A stretch of DNA of 64,000 nt from an uncultured bacterium (GCA_963695095.1 CAVOFT010000001.1:2304001-2368000); one strand, 5' to 3'. Shown: positions 24,301 through 34,684, counted from the first letter of the stretch. The notes: generated from the letters alone by a model not told the origin. Program-made: numbers and translations.

Positions 24301-24772
24301 GCGCCGGCCGGTGACGGCCTGGGACCGCAGCCGCTTCGGCGGCGTCGACACCTATCCCTATCGCACGCTCAACGGGCCCTTCGTCGTGCTCACCAACCAG
24401 GAGGCCGGCTCCGACGGCGACATCCTGCCGCGGGCCGTGCAGATCGAGAAGCTGGCCCCCGTGATCGGCATGCGCTCCTGGGGCGGCGTCATCGGCATCA
24501 GCAGCACGCAGAGCCTGGTCGACGGCGGCACGGTGACCTTCCCCTTCGCCGCCTGGTGGGAAAAGGACGGCGGCTGGACGCTCGAGAACCACGGCGTCGA
24601 CCCCGACATCGTGGTCGAGAACCTGCCGCAGGAGGTGGCAAGCGGCAAGGACAGCCAGCTCGAGCGCGGCCTGACCGAGCTCACGCGCCTCCATGCGCAG
24701 GAGCCGCCCGCGAAGCCGGACTTCGGCAGCATCCGCCCCAGGTCTCGCGAGAGCTTCCGCCCCGAGCGCTAG
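21394..24772 (+). CDS. Tricorn-like S41 serine protease; one frameshift near 22659
   Basis: PD40-like repeats (PSFSPDG, WSPDG), GELNTSH, PDZ-like region, DCRWNGGG, catalytic GSDGD, ENHGVDPD. Split over ORFs 21394..22965 and 22082..24772. Confidence 0.9.
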
Positions 24773-25008
24773 AGCCGGCAAGCCTTCCCCGTCGCGGCGC
24801 GGCCCCCCTCGCGGGGCCGCGCCGTTGCCTTTGTCCTGCGCGGCTGGCGTCTGCCTTGCAAGCACGCCCATGTCTGCGGCCACGACGGCGGCCGGGATGG
24901 CGCAGGATTCCCGACGATTCCCTGCGCTACCCGCCTGTGCCCCGCTCCATGCGGGATCGGCAAAGGCTGCCGCAGCCCCGGCTGCACAACTGCGCAAGGA
25001 GATGCATA

Positions 25009-25578
25009 ATGAGAAAGCTGCTAACGAGTCTGCTGGTGCTGGCCCTGGCCAGCGGTGTCGCCGCTGCCGACAGCTACATCGGCCTCTTCGCCGTCCCCCA
25101 CGCCACCTACTGCTACGGCAACACCGAGCAGTACACCACGACCACCGTGCACGTGGTCGCCTGGCTCGACAACGACTGGTCCGGCTCCGTGTCGGCCTGC
25201 GAGTTCTACATCGACAACTTCCCCGTGGCCGGCGCCGAGGGTGCGATCACCACGAACTGGAACACGCCGCTGGTAATCGGCCAGGTGAGCTACGGCATCG
25301 CGCTGGCCTTCAACCCGCCGCTGCCTGGCCCCTTGGCCTATCTCGGCAGCATCGAGTTCTTCGCCCTCGACCCCAACTGGATTCCCGCGAACTACGTGAT
25401 GGCGGTCCGTCCCTCTCGCCAGAGTGACACCCTCGCCCTCGTGGACACGCAGGGCCAGACGATGGCGGTGGCCGGCGGCCAGTACACCTTCAACTGCTCG
25501 AACCCGAGCACCTGCGATTGCCTGGAGTCGGTGGCCACCGATGCGACCAGCTTCAGCAGCGTGAAGGCCCTGTACTAG
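25009..25578 (+). CDS. Secreted hypothetical protein with C-terminal SFSSVKALY tag
   Basis: AAGGAG site, signal peptide MRKLLTSLLVLALASGVAAA, host-like codon use, ends ESVATDATSFSSVKALY. Confidence 0.85.
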   Translation: MRKLLTSLLVLALASGVAAADSYIGLFAVPHATYCYGNTEQYTTTTVHVVAWLDNDWSGSVSACEFYIDNFPVAGAEGAITTNWNTPLVIGQVSYGIALAFNPPLPGPLAYLGSIEFFALDPNWIPANYVMAVRPSRQSDTLALVDTQGQTMAVAGGQYTFNCSNPSTCDCLESVATDATSFSSVKALY

Positions 25579-25607
25579 CTCACTGCTCGGACTTCTGCTC
25601 CATGACG

Positions 25608-25636
25608 AAGGGGCCGCGCCAGCGCGCGGCCCCTTT
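25608..25636. terminator. Hairpin terminator between convergent genes
   Basis: AAGGGGCCGCGC-4 nt-GCGCGGCCCCTT. Confidence 0.7.
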
Positions 25637-25684
25637 GCATTTGCCGGGCGCAGGTGCTCGCTGCGCCGAAAGCCGACAGATGCT

Positions 25685-28600
25685 CTACCTCAGCAGCACG
25701 AGCTTCTGCGCGGCCGCGCGGCCGCCGGCTCGCAGCTGCACCAGGTAGACGCCGCTGGCCAGGGCGCGACCCGCCTCGTCGCGACCGTCCCAGGCCACGG
25801 CCTGCACGCCGACGCTCCTGGGCTCCCCGGCAAGGAGCCGCCGCAGGCGGCGGCCACCGAGATCGAAGATGCCGAGCTCCACCGCGGCGGGCACGGCCAG
25901 GCTGAAGCGGATCTCCGTGCGCGGGTTGAAGGGATTGGGATGGGCACCGAGCAGGGCGAAGGCCACCGGCGGGGTGTCCACCGCTGTACTGGTCTCTTCG
26001 ACCGCAAGCCGTTGATCTGCGGGCACGCCATGGAGGCGGCTTTCGAGGCCGCTCGGCCAGCGCAGGATGAGCGTATCGACGACGCTCTCCGCGCCGAGCC
26101 CGAAGTGCAGGGTGGGCGCATTCTGCGACAGGTAGCCGGCGTCCCCGCCCAGCGCTCGCGTCACGCGCAGCGGGCCGGCGACGGCGGTCACCCGCGCGCC
26201 CAGGCCGAGCCGGTTGCTCGCCGTGCCCACGAGGTCGAGCGCGAGCCAGTGGCCGCCGGGCGTATCGTTGCGCACGAGGCGGTTGGGGCCGTCGGCGTAG
26301 GCGAGGTAGAGATCGAGATCGCCGTCATCCTCGATGTCGGCCCAGGCGGCGCCGTTGCCGATCCCCGTTGCGCCGAGGGCGGGATGGGTGGCATCGCTGA
26401 AGCCGGCAGCCCCCTGGTTCATGAACAGCTTGCTGGCCCCGCTGTTGACGAGGTAGAGGTCGAGCCAGCCGTCGGCATTGAAGTCGGCCCAGGCGGCGCC
26501 GCGACCCGTACCGGCGTCATCCAGGGGCGGCGTCGTGACGTTCACGAAGGCCGCACCGTCATTGCGATAGAGGCGATTCGCCCCATCGTTCACCACGTAG
26601 ACATCCAGGTCGCCATCGTTGTCGAAGTCGGCCCAAGCCGCGCCGTAGCCGTTCCCGGCATCGCCGAGGCCCAGCGCGGCCGTCGCCTCGCTGAAGCTGC
26701 CGTCGCCGCCGTTCCGGTAGAAGATGTTGCTGGTCTGCCGGACGAGGTAGAGGTCGCGGTCGCCGTCGCCGTCGGCATCCGCCCACTCGGCCGAGCGCCC
26801 CCAGCCTGCGTCGCCCAGGGGCGCCACCGTGGCGTCGACGAAGCTGCCGGCGCCCAGGTTCCGGAGCAGACGATCGGGGGCATAGGCGTTGACCACGTAG
26901 AGATCGACCAGGCCATCGTCGTCGGCATCGCCCCAGGCGACATCGGTGCTGTACTCCGCGCCCCCGAGCGGTCCCGCGGTGATGTCCACGAAGCTACCGG
27001 CGTCATTGCGAAAGAGCAGGTTGGACTGGCCGCTCGTGCGGGCGAGGTAGAGGTCGAGGTCGCCGTCGTTGTCGATGTCGGCCCAGGCGGCGCCGCGGCT
27101 CGCTCCGTTCACGTCGATGGGCGGCGCGCCCGCGCCGGTGAAGACGCCGCCGCCCTGGTTCGCGAAGAGCCGGTTCGGGCTGCCCGAGTTGCTCAGGTAG
27201 AGGTCCGGGAGGCCATCGCCATCGGCATCGCCCCAGGCAACGCTCTGGCCGTTGCCGGCGTCCGCCAGGGGAGCGGCGCTGATGTCCGTCCAGGCGCCGG
27301 CGCCGAAGACGCCGAAGTATGGACTCCAGGCGAAGTGGCCGTCGTCACCGACCACCTTGATCCGGAAGTCGTTGCCGGTGCCCCAGGCCGGGTCGACGCT
27401 GCCCGCCGGAGTCTCCTCGCCATCGTTGGCCGACCAGTCGGCGAGCCGGGTCAAGAAGGCGCTGCCCGCGTAGAGGTCGAGCACGACCGCGCTCCCGCTC
27501 GCCCCCGTCCAGACCACGGCCGGCAGCGGCTCGCCGTGCGTCAGCACGGAACCGGCGGCCGGGGCCGTCACGCTGAAGTAGCCGAGAGGTTCGATGCCCA
27601 CGACCATGCCCTCGGTCATGTAGTCGCAGCCCGTCCAGGGGCAGTAGACCTCATCCAGGGCGTACCAGACGTTCTGGCTGCCGCCCCAGCCGTAGTTCAT
27701 GTGGTAGTAGCGCGCGCCGGCGTCCTCCTGATAGCCGTCGCAGATGATCGAGTGGCTCGTGATGCGGTAGTGCATGGGCCGCGGCGGGAAGGCGTCGAGT
27801 TCCTGGCAGATGCGCGCCCACCAGGCGTCGGCGCTGTGCTGACTGCGCGTGATGTAGGCAGCATCCGGCGCGTAGCGGAAGTAGGTCGGGTAGACGGTCT
27901 CGCCCAGGTTCACGTAGCTGCCCGAGGCGCAGACGCCGAAGTCCATGTCGAAGGCCACGGCAACCTCGTAGTTCAGCTCGGCCGCGGCGGCGGCCTGGGC
28001 GGCGTTGTAACCGCCGGAATAGGAGACGAGGATGTTGGCCCAGTCGTAGGCGTCGCTGTAGTCCGCACTGAGCAGGCCGCCGCCGACGTTCTCGCCGCAG
28101 GAGTCGTCGCCGCCCCACTGATAGCTGTGCGAGCCGCTGCCGGCAGCGGGGTAGTTCCAGTACTTGAGGATCATCGCCGCCGAGGTGGCCACGCAGCCCA
28201 CCACGCAGGTGCCGCCGTCCCCCGGCGGACAATCGCCATTGAAGGGCGCGCCCTGGGCCCAGTTGCTGGCGATCAGCGGCCCCACCGGAGCCTCGCGCGG
28301 CGCCGGGGCGGTGCCGGCGAGCAGGGCTGTCCACGCCGCACGCGCCCGGTCGGCGGCCGGGTCCGCCCCCGCCGCCGGCGCGCCGGCGGCGAGGCGCTCG
28401 TGGGCGATGAACAGGGTCTCGCGCAGGAGCGCGGCATAGCCGTCCCGATCCGCCGTCATGAGATCCGTTGCAAAGGAGAAAGCCTTGATGGGCGGCAGCT
28501 CGCGCGCCGCCGAGACCAGGATGTGTCCGCGGGGCGCGAGGGGCAGCTGCCAGCCGATCAGCCGGCCGCCCTGGGCCCAGGGCTGGCAGCCGACGATCCG

Positions 28601-28756
28601 CGCCGCGGCGGCCTCGGGGTCGCGAGCCTGACGGGCAGCCAGCCAGACCTGGGCGGCCCGCAGGGCGTCGGCGTTGCCGACGGGCGTGGCCGTGGCGGCC
28701 AGGGCGCCGCCGGCCAGCGCCGACAGCAGGATGAGCGCGATGAAGAGACGGGACAT
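25685..28756 (-). CDS. C10 (streptopain-like) cysteine peptidase with FG-GAP repeats, ASPIC/UnbV-like domain and FlgD-Ig C-terminal domain
   Basis: WAQGAPFN, GCVATS, HSIICDGY, YHMNYGWGG; repeated WxDxDxDGDLDLY; LHFGLG; HPNPFNP...QKLVLLR. Confidence 0.88.
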   Translation of the reverse strand: MSRLFIALILLSALAGGALAATATPVGNADALRAAQVWLAARQARDPEAAAARIVGCQPWAQGGRLIGWQLPLAPRGHILVSAARELPPIKAFSFATDLMTADRDGYAALLRETLFIAHERLAAGAPAAGADPAADRARAAWTALLAGTAPAPREAPVGPLIASNWAQGAPFNGDCPPGDGGTCVVGCVATSAAMILKYWNYPAAGSGSHSYQWGGDDSCGENVGGGLLSADYSDAYDWANILVSYSGGYNAAQAAAAAELNYEVAVAFDMDFGVCASGSYVNLGETVYPTYFRYAPDAAYITRSQHSADAWWARICQELDAFPPRPMHYRITSHSIICDGYQEDAGARYYHMNYGWGGSQNVWYALDEVYCPWTGCDYMTEGMVVGIEPLGYFSVTAPAAGSVLTHGEPLPAVVWTGASGSAVVLDLYAGSAFLTRLADWSANDGEETPAGSVDPAWGTGNDFRIKVVGDDGHFAWSPYFGVFGAGAWTDISAAPLADAGNGQSVAWGDADGDGLPDLYLSNSGSPNRLFANQGGGVFTGAGAPPIDVNGASRGAAWADIDNDGDLDLYLARTSGQSNLLFRNDAGSFVDITAGPLGGAEYSTDVAWGDADDDGLVDLYVVNAYAPDRLLRNLGAGSFVDATVAPLGDAGWGRSAEWADADGDGDRDLYLVRQTSNIFYRNGGDGSFSEATAALGLGDAGNGYGAAWADFDNDGDLDVYVVNDGANRLYRNDGAAFVNVTTPPLDDAGTGRGAAWADFNADGWLDLYLVNSGASKLFMNQGAAGFSDATHPALGATGIGNGAAWADIEDDGDLDLYLAYADGPNRLVRNDTPGGHWLALDLVGTASNRLGLGARVTAVAGPLRVTRALGGDAGYLSQNAPTLHFGLGAESVVDTLILRWPSGLESRLHGVPADQRLAVEETSTAVDTPPVAFALLGAHPNPFNPRTEIRFSLAVPAAVELGIFDLGGRRLRRLLAGEPRSVGVQAVAWDGRDEAGRALASGVYLVQLRAGGRAAAQKLVLLR

Positions 28757-28910
28757 GGGGAGCCTCCAGGACGGGGAGCGGGGCGGCACTCGGTATTCTA
28801 ACTATAGCAGAGGCAGCAAAGGCGGCAAAGCGCCCAGTCGGCGCGCTGCGCGCTGGACAGCAGGGCCCGCGCAGCCTAGTCTGCGGCCGGCCCGCGACCC
28901 GGAGGCCGCC

Positions 28911-30326
28911 ATGCGCAACACGAAGATCGTCGCCACCATCGGTCCCGCCTCCGAGTCGCCGGCCGTGCTGGCGGCTCTGCTCGAGGCCGGCATGAACGTG
29001 GCCCGACTCAACTTTTCCCACGGCACCCACGATGAGCATCGCGCCAAGGTGGCCGCCCTGCGCGAAGTCTCCGCGCGCCTGGACAAACCGGTGGCGATCC
29101 TGCAGGACCTCGCAGGGCCGAAGATCCGCGTGGGCGAAATCATCGGCGGCAGCGTGCGCCTCGCTCCCGGTGGCGAGTTCCGCCTGCGCCTGGCCGGCGG
29201 CCCCGGCGACGCGAGCGGGGTCAGCGTGAACCAACCGCGCCTGATCGAGGAGGTGCGCCCCGGCGATCACCTGCTCCTGGCCGACGGCGCGCTGGAGCTG
29301 GAGGTGCTGCGGCAGGCCGGCGAGGAGCTCGTCACGCGGGTGCTGGTCGGCGGCCTGCTCGGCTCGCGCAAGGGCATCACGCTGCCGAGTCGCACCCTGA
29401 GCGTGGCCAGCTTGACGGAGAAGGATCGGGCCGACCTCGCCCTCGGCCTGGAGCTGGGCGTGGACTTCGTGGCGCTCTCCTTCGTGCGCAGCGTCGAGGA
29501 TCTCGCCGAGTGCCGCCGCGCCATGGCCGACGCCGGGGAGCCGGTGCCGCTGATCGCCAAGATCGAGAAGCACGAGGCCCTGGTCAACATGGACGCCATC
29601 ATCGCCGCCGCCGACGGCATCATGGTGGCCCGCGGCGACCTCGGCGTGGAAACGCCCTTGGCCCGCGTGCCCGCCGTGCAGAAGCAGCTCATCGCCAAGT
29701 GCAACCGGGCCGGGATTCCCGTGATCACCGCCACCCAGATGCTGGGCTCGATGGCGGCGAGCCCGCGGCCCAGCCGCGCGGAGGTCACGGACGTGGCCAA
29801 TGCCATCCTCGACGGCACCGACGGCGTCATGCTGTCCGAAGAGACCGCCACCGGCGCCTATCCCGTCGAGGCGGTGGCCACGATGGACCGCATCGCCCTG
29901 GAGACCGAGACGGTCTTCCCCTACGCGACCTGGGGCGAGCGCGTGGCCCACAGCGCTCGCCAGGGGATTCGCGAGGCGGTGGCCCAGGGCGCCTGCGCCC
30001 TGGCGGAGGCCATCGACGCGGCGGCGATCATCCCCTTCACCCGCACGGGCGGCACGGCGCAGCTGGTGGCCAAGTACCGGCCGCGCGTGCCCATCCTCGC
30101 GCCCTGTTCGCTTCCCGCCACCCGCCGGCGCCTGCTGCTCAGCTGGGGGGTATTGCCTTTGGCCAGCGAGCGGCTCGCCGACAGCGAGGCCATGCTGCGC
30201 CACGCTTGCGAAGTGGCCAAGGCGACGGGCCTGGTCGCCTCCGGCCAGCGCGTGGTGCTCACCGCCGGCCTGCCGGTGGGGAGCGAGGGTGTCACGAACA
30301 CCATCCGGGCCGCCGTGCTGGACTGA
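28911..30326 (+). CDS. pyk: Pyruvate kinase
   Basis: TKIVATIGPAS, RLNFSHG, DLAGPKIR, IAKIEK, MVARGDLGVE, TATQML. Confidence 0.98.
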   Translation: MRNTKIVATIGPASESPAVLAALLEAGMNVARLNFSHGTHDEHRAKVAALREVSARLDKPVAILQDLAGPKIRVGEIIGGSVRLAPGGEFRLRLAGGPGDASGVSVNQPRLIEEVRPGDHLLLADGALELEVLRQAGEELVTRVLVGGLLGSRKGITLPSRTLSVASLTEKDRADLALGLELGVDFVALSFVRSVEDLAECRRAMADAGEPVPLIAKIEKHEALVNMDAIIAAADGIMVARGDLGVETPLARVPAVQKQLIAKCNRAGIPVITATQMLGSMAASPRPSRAEVTDVANAILDGTDGVMLSEETATGAYPVEAVATMDRIALETETVFPYATWGERVAHSARQGIREAVAQGACALAEAIDAAAIIPFTRTGGTAQLVAKYRPRVPILAPCSLPATRRRLLLSWGVLPLASERLADSEAMLRHACEVAKATGLVASGQRVVLTAGLPVGSEGVTNTIRAAVLD

Positions 30327-30399
30327 ACAACCCCCGCCCGCAATGCGGACGGGGGCTGCTGAGTCCCTGCCGCGCCTGGCGCGGCGCCAAGGCAATCGG

Positions 30400-31107
30400 C
30401 TAGTAGAGGGCCTTGACCGCGCTGAAGGTGCTCGCCTCCACCGCCACCGAGCCACCGCCCATCTGGAACAGCTCCGTGCCCGTCGTGCTGCCGCTCATGC
30501 CCTGCAGGAGGCTGCCGGGGGCCCCCACGAAGTCGATGCGGTAGGTGATGTCGAAGAAGCTGTCGACCGCGAACGGCGCGCCCGCGGCGCCCTCGCGAGT
30601 CAGCGTCGTGTGGCCGGGGCTGGGCATGCCGAAGCCGGTGCCGGCCGTCACGCGCAGCAGGTCGAAATCCGGGTCGCCAAAGATCTCGCCTTGGAGCATG
30701 AACATGTCCGTGTCGAAGCTCTGGACGGCGTCGCCCGGCGTGCGCGGCCCGCTGTGTGTCTCAGCCGCGACCGGGATGGCGATCAGGCGATTGAAGCCCG
30801 CCAGGCTGCCGGTGCCGGTCAGGGCCATGTGCAAGCTGCCGTCGAAGGTCTGCAGCTGGCCGCCCAGGCCGCCCCCGGCCACCTCCGAGGCGCCGCTGAA
30901 GTCGTTCAGGGCGCCGGCCACGGTGATCGTCGACCCCACGGGCAGCCCATCGGTGATGACCATGGGACCTTCCCAGCCATCGGGGCAGGCCGGCGGCAGG
31001 TCGATCGTGCCGCCGCCGTTGTCGGGCACGGAGCAGGCGGCGCCTGCCGTGCCGGCCAGGGCGAGAATGAGCGCAGGAACAAGCAGGTGCTTGAGCAGAC
31101 GGTGCAT
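30400..31107 (-). CDS. Secreted hypothetical protein with C-terminal STFSAVKALY tag
   Basis: GGAGG site, signal peptide, beta-rich body (SFDTDM...VDSFFDI), ends VAVEASTFSAVKALY. Confidence 0.85.
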   Translation of the reverse strand: MHRLLKHLLVPALILALAGTAGAACSVPDNGGGTIDLPPACPDGWEGPMVITDGLPVGSTITVAGALNDFSGASEVAGGGLGGQLQTFDGSLHMALTGTGSLAGFNRLIAIPVAAETHSGPRTPGDAVQSFDTDMFMLQGEIFGDPDFDLLRVTAGTGFGMPSPGHTTLTREGAAGAPFAVDSFFDITYRIDFVGAPGSLLQGMSGSTTGTELFQMGGGSVAVEASTFSAVKALY

Positions 31108-31232
31108 GTCAACCCTCCCGTATCTAGTTATTCAGATCCGAATTCCTGCAACTTGGAGGAATTCCGAGATCCGTATTGTAGCAGATGCACGGCTGCGGAA
31201 CCAGAGGCCGGCCCAAAGGCGAGGATCCCGGC

Positions 31233-32681
31233 CTAGAGGCTGAGCTCGTGGGGCATGGCCGAGCGGTGGGCACGAAAGAAGGCATAGGGTGTCGCGTAGA
31301 GCAGGTTCGAGACCCGCGAGGTGTAGATGTCGGCGTGGCGTTCCACCTGGCGGGCGAAGTAGCTCTTGTCGTTGCCGCTGGTCATCAGCAGGCCCCACTG
31401 CCGGTTGCCCAGCTCGCCGGCCGCCTGCGCCAGCGGCGTGATCTCGGCATCCAGAGCGAGCAGGGCCTCGCGCTGCTGCTGCATGCGCTGCTCGATGGCC
31501 TTCAGCGGTTCCTCACGCGGTGGCGCCGCTCCCTCGCGCCGGTTGAGGACGCGCAGGCGCAGCAGCGAGAGCTCCCGCTCCATGGCCACCTTGCGGGCCA
31601 TCAGGGCGGTCAGCTCGCGCTGGCCCTTGGCGAAGCTGGCCTCGGCCCGGATCTCGGCTTCGAGTTCGCGCACGACCAGGGCCGTCCGCCAGCGGCGCAG
31701 GTTCTTGGAGACGTGGACGTCGCCGTAGGCATGATCGCCGACGTAGAGGACCTGATCGCCGCGCAGGCCGAACATGGCCTCGACGGCTCCGGCGTGCCCG
31801 CCGTGGAAGATGCCCCCCGCGCGGGGCGGGCCGACGACCGGCGAGAGCAGACCCGCCTCGTCCACCACCGTGAAGAAGGGCTGCTGGCCGAGGAAGAAGG
31901 CCGGCTTGCGCGCGGCCACGATGATGAGGTCGAAGAGCCCCCGCCAGTCCTGGCCGGTGGGCAGGAAGCGATCGAAGGCGTAGGCCATCATGGCGCGCGT
32001 GAAGGGCCACTCGGAGTTGGTGATGAGCAGCAGCTTCTTGCCCGCGCGCTTCTGGTCCAGCAGCGCCCAGGGGATCTCCGGATCGAGATCGACGAAGCGC
32101 TCGGGGCGGGCGACGATCTCCGCCTTGAGGCGGCCCTCGAGGTGCGCCTCGTCGAGCACCCCTTTGACGAGGCGGTAGAGATCGCCGTAGCCCGAGGGGG
32201 CGGGCGCCTGGCCGGCGTCGAGCAGATCGACGAGCTGCGCGTACATGCTCGCCTCGGAAAGCGAGAAGAGCGTGTTCAGGAAGACGAAGCGCGGCTCGGA
32301 GAGGTCCACCACCGTCTCCGCATAGGCCTGGCGCAGGGTCTCGAAGTCGAGCATGCGGGTGCCGTGCGCGGCGCGCTTGACGTAGCCGAACTGATTGGCC
32401 TTGAGGATGTTGCCTAGATCGAGGTCGATGATCAGGCCGCGCTGGAAGTCCTGCGGCGCGAAGCGCAGGCTCTCCACCGGCCAGCCCAGGCCGCGCAGCT
32501 TGCCGCGCATGTGCGAAAACGAGCGGCTCTCCCACTTCTCCACGCGGTAGTGGATGAGCGTGTAGTCCATGTCGTAGCCGATGGCCTTGATGGAGCGCAG
32601 GTTCAGCGTGCGGTTGCAGAAGATCCCACGCTCGGGCGGCGGCAAGGCGGGGGCGCCCGTGGGAAAGCTCGCGTGCGTCAT
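31233..32681 (-). CDS. HAD-IG family 5'-nucleotidase (cN-II type)
   Basis: IFCNRTLNL, GYDMDYTL, LLITNS, ARKPAFF, YVGDHAYGD, ADIYTS. Confidence 0.92.
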   Translation of the reverse strand: MTHASFPTGAPALPPPERGIFCNRTLNLRSIKAIGYDMDYTLIHYRVEKWESRSFSHMRGKLRGLGWPVESLRFAPQDFQRGLIIDLDLGNILKANQFGYVKRAAHGTRMLDFETLRQAYAETVVDLSEPRFVFLNTLFSLSEASMYAQLVDLLDAGQAPAPSGYGDLYRLVKGVLDEAHLEGRLKAEIVARPERFVDLDPEIPWALLDQKRAGKKLLLITNSEWPFTRAMMAYAFDRFLPTGQDWRGLFDLIIVAARKPAFFLGQQPFFTVVDEAGLLSPVVGPPRAGGIFHGGHAGAVEAMFGLRGDQVLYVGDHAYGDVHVSKNLRRWRTALVVRELEAEIRAEASFAKGQRELTALMARKVAMERELSLLRLRVLNRREGAAPPREEPLKAIEQRMQQQREALLALDAEITPLAQAAGELGNRQWGLLMTSGNDKSYFARQVERHADIYTSRVSNLLYATPYAFFRAHRSAMPHELSL

Positions 32682-32706
32682 CGCCCAGCCTCGCTCGGGG
32701 CTTCGC

Positions 32707-32982
32707 TCATCGGTCGCCGATGAAGATGAGGGCCATGCCGAGGCCGACGGCGATGAGAATCCCCAGCACCGCTGCCAGGATTAACGCCCGCCGGCGGCGC
32801 AGGGGCGCTTCGCCACCGGCCTGCAGCTCGGCCACGACGAGACGCAGGGCGGCCAGTTGCTCGAGCTGATTCAGCTTGCCATTGCGGGCCTGATACTCAC
32901 TCACCAGCCGCAGGATGGCGGTGGCGAGCTCGCGCACCCGCGGACCGGGCGGTGGCGGCATGAAGACGACCTGGCTGAGCAT
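32707..32982 (-). CDS. Small hypothetical protein with C-terminal TM helix
   Basis: GGAGG site, ATG at 32982, hydrophobic C-terminus; fills the gap before the nucleotidase. Confidence 0.55.
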   Translation of the reverse strand: MLSQVVFMPPPPGPRVRELATAILRLVSEYQARNGKLNQLEQLAALRLVVAELQAGGEAPLRRRRALILAAVLGILIAVGLGMALIFIGDR

Positions 32983-33244
32983 GACCCCCTCCTCGGTGGG
33001 TGATGCAGGCGGATCCACTGTCGACTGGGCAGCTAGCGGCGCGGGACGAAGCAGGCCGCCAGGGCGCGGCCAAGGACGATGCTCCGGGCAGTGCTGTGCA
33101 TGTCGCCTCCGCTCCTAATCCGCGGGCAAGCCTAGCGCAGGCGCCCGGTGAACGCCACGCCTTCCTTGCCATGGAGGCTGGATTTCGCTGGCCAAGATAC
33201 CCGGTGACGCTAGACTTGCGGGCCCGCCCCCAACGGAGGTAGCA

Positions 33245-34024
33245 ATGTCCATCCTCACGCCGATAGCCGCCCGGAGCCGGCGCCTGCTCCCAGTCCTGCT
33301 CGCTCCGCTCGCCTTCCTCGCTCTCGCCTCCACCCCGGGTTGGGCCGCGGCCTGGCTGCTCGACCTGGAGGGGGCCCGCGTCTGGAGCGGTTACAATGAC
33401 GTGCGCATCCCGGGTGATGGCGGCACGCGCTTCTCCCTGACCGAGGATCTGCGTAGCGAGGCGGGTTTCTGCGGGCGCCTGCGATTGGGAATCGTGCTCG
33501 CCGAACGGCATCACCTGAGCGCCTTCGCCGCGCCGCTTCGCCTCGATGCCGCGGGCCAAGCGCCAGCAACCCTGCTGTTCGCCGGCACGGAGTTTCCCGC
33601 CGCCAGCCGCCTGTCGGCAAGCTATCGCTTCGATTCCTATCGCCTGACCTATCGCTACCGCCTGCGCGCGACTTCCCGCTTCACCGGCTGGCTCGGCTTC
33701 ACCGCGAAACTACGGGACGCCGAGATCGCCGTGGCCGGCGCGGGACTGCGCGCCAAGAAGACGAACACCGGCTTCGTGCCCCTGCTCGCCTTCCGCGGCG
33801 ATTGGCGTCTCGACGAGCGCTTCGGAATCAGCTGCGAGGGCGACGCGCTGGCTGGCGGTCCAGGCCGGGCGGAGGACGTCTTCCTGGGCCTGACCTACCG
33901 CCGGAACTCCCGCCTGACGCTGCGGGGTGGCTATCGGCTCATCGAAGGCGGCGCCGACGTGGCCGAGGTCTACTCCTTCGCTCGCCTCGACTTCGCGAGC
34001 CTGGGCCTGGAACTCTCCTTCTAG
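33245..34024 (+). CDS. Probable outer-membrane beta-barrel protein
   Basis: GGAGGT site, signal peptide, alternating strands (YRFDSYRLTYRY), C-terminal LGLELSF. Confidence 0.75.
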   Translation: MSILTPIAARSRRLLPVLLAPLAFLALASTPGWAAAWLLDLEGARVWSGYNDVRIPGDGGTRFSLTEDLRSEAGFCGRLRLGIVLAERHHLSAFAAPLRLDAAGQAPATLLFAGTEFPAASRLSASYRFDSYRLTYRYRLRATSRFTGWLGFTAKLRDAEIAVAGAGLRAKKTNTGFVPLLAFRGDWRLDERFGISCEGDALAGGPGRAEDVFLGLTYRRNSRLTLRGGYRLIEGGADVAEVYSFARLDFASLGLELSF

Positions 34025-34055
34025 CCAGCGCTGCCGGTCGACGAGGACGAAATGA

Positions 34056-34093
34056 AAAGCGGGGCCCGCCTGCAGCGGGCCCCGTTCTTCTTC
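34056..34093. terminator. Bidirectional intrinsic terminator
   Basis: AAAA-GCGGGGCCCGC-loop-GCGGGCCCCGT-TCTTCTT between convergent genes. Confidence 0.75.
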
Positions 34094-34144
34094 AGCGCCG
34101 GTCGCTCCTCAGGGCGCGACCGGGTGTGGGTCCTGGGGCGCCGA

Positions 34145-34456
34145 CTAGCGCCAGTTCCCCCCACCGCCACCGCGGCCACCGCCGCCGCCGCCGCCGCGGC
34201 CGCCGCCGCCGCCTTCGCGGCGCTCCTCGGCCTCATTGACGCGCAGGGTGCGGCCGCCGAACTCGAAGCCATCCAGCGCGCTCAGCGCCGCGGTCGGGTC
34301 CTCCATCTCCACGAAACCGAAGCCGCGGGGGCGACCGGTCTCGCGATCGTTGATCAGGTTGACGGACGTGACGACACCGTGCTTCTCGAAGAGAGCGCGG
34401 ATCTCGTCCACCGTGGCGCTAAAGGGCAGGTTGCCCACGTACAGTTTCTTGGCCAT
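34145..34456 (-). CDS. RRM RNA-binding protein with Gly-rich tail (copy 1)
   Basis: RNP2 LYVGNL, RNP1 RGFGFVEM, LRVNEA, Gly/RGG tail. Confidence 0.95.
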   Translation of the reverse strand: MAKKLYVGNLPFSATVDEIRALFEKHGVVTSVNLINDRETGRPRGFGFVEMEDPTAALSALDGFEFGGRTLRVNEAEERREGGGGGRGGGGGGGRGGGGGNWR

Positions 34457-34655
34457 TTCTACTCCGAATCGCCCCATTACCGTGAATTAGCGGGAAGGCG
34501 TCGCGAGCCGCTCGCGGGCCTCGACTCCCAAGCTTCTCTCGGATTGGCGCTGAAGAATCGCGGGCGCGACGAGCGCGGACGGCATTCTGGCAACGGCCAT
34601 CGATTGGGCGGGGGCAACGGCCCATCGATCCTGAGGCGGCTTCTTCAAGGGGATG

Positions 34656-34684
34656 AATATAGCTCAAATGGCCCCACTTGTCAC
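34656..34684 (-). promoter_or_regulatory. Sigma70-type promoter of RRM copy 1
   Basis: Minus strand GTGACA-17 nt-TATATT, implying a leader of about 190 nt. Confidence 0.65.

Noticed and set aside
26300..27260. Repeated DNA words such as gaggtagaggtc and gcccaggcggcg
   Set aside because: They encode FG-GAP protein repeats within the C10 peptidase.
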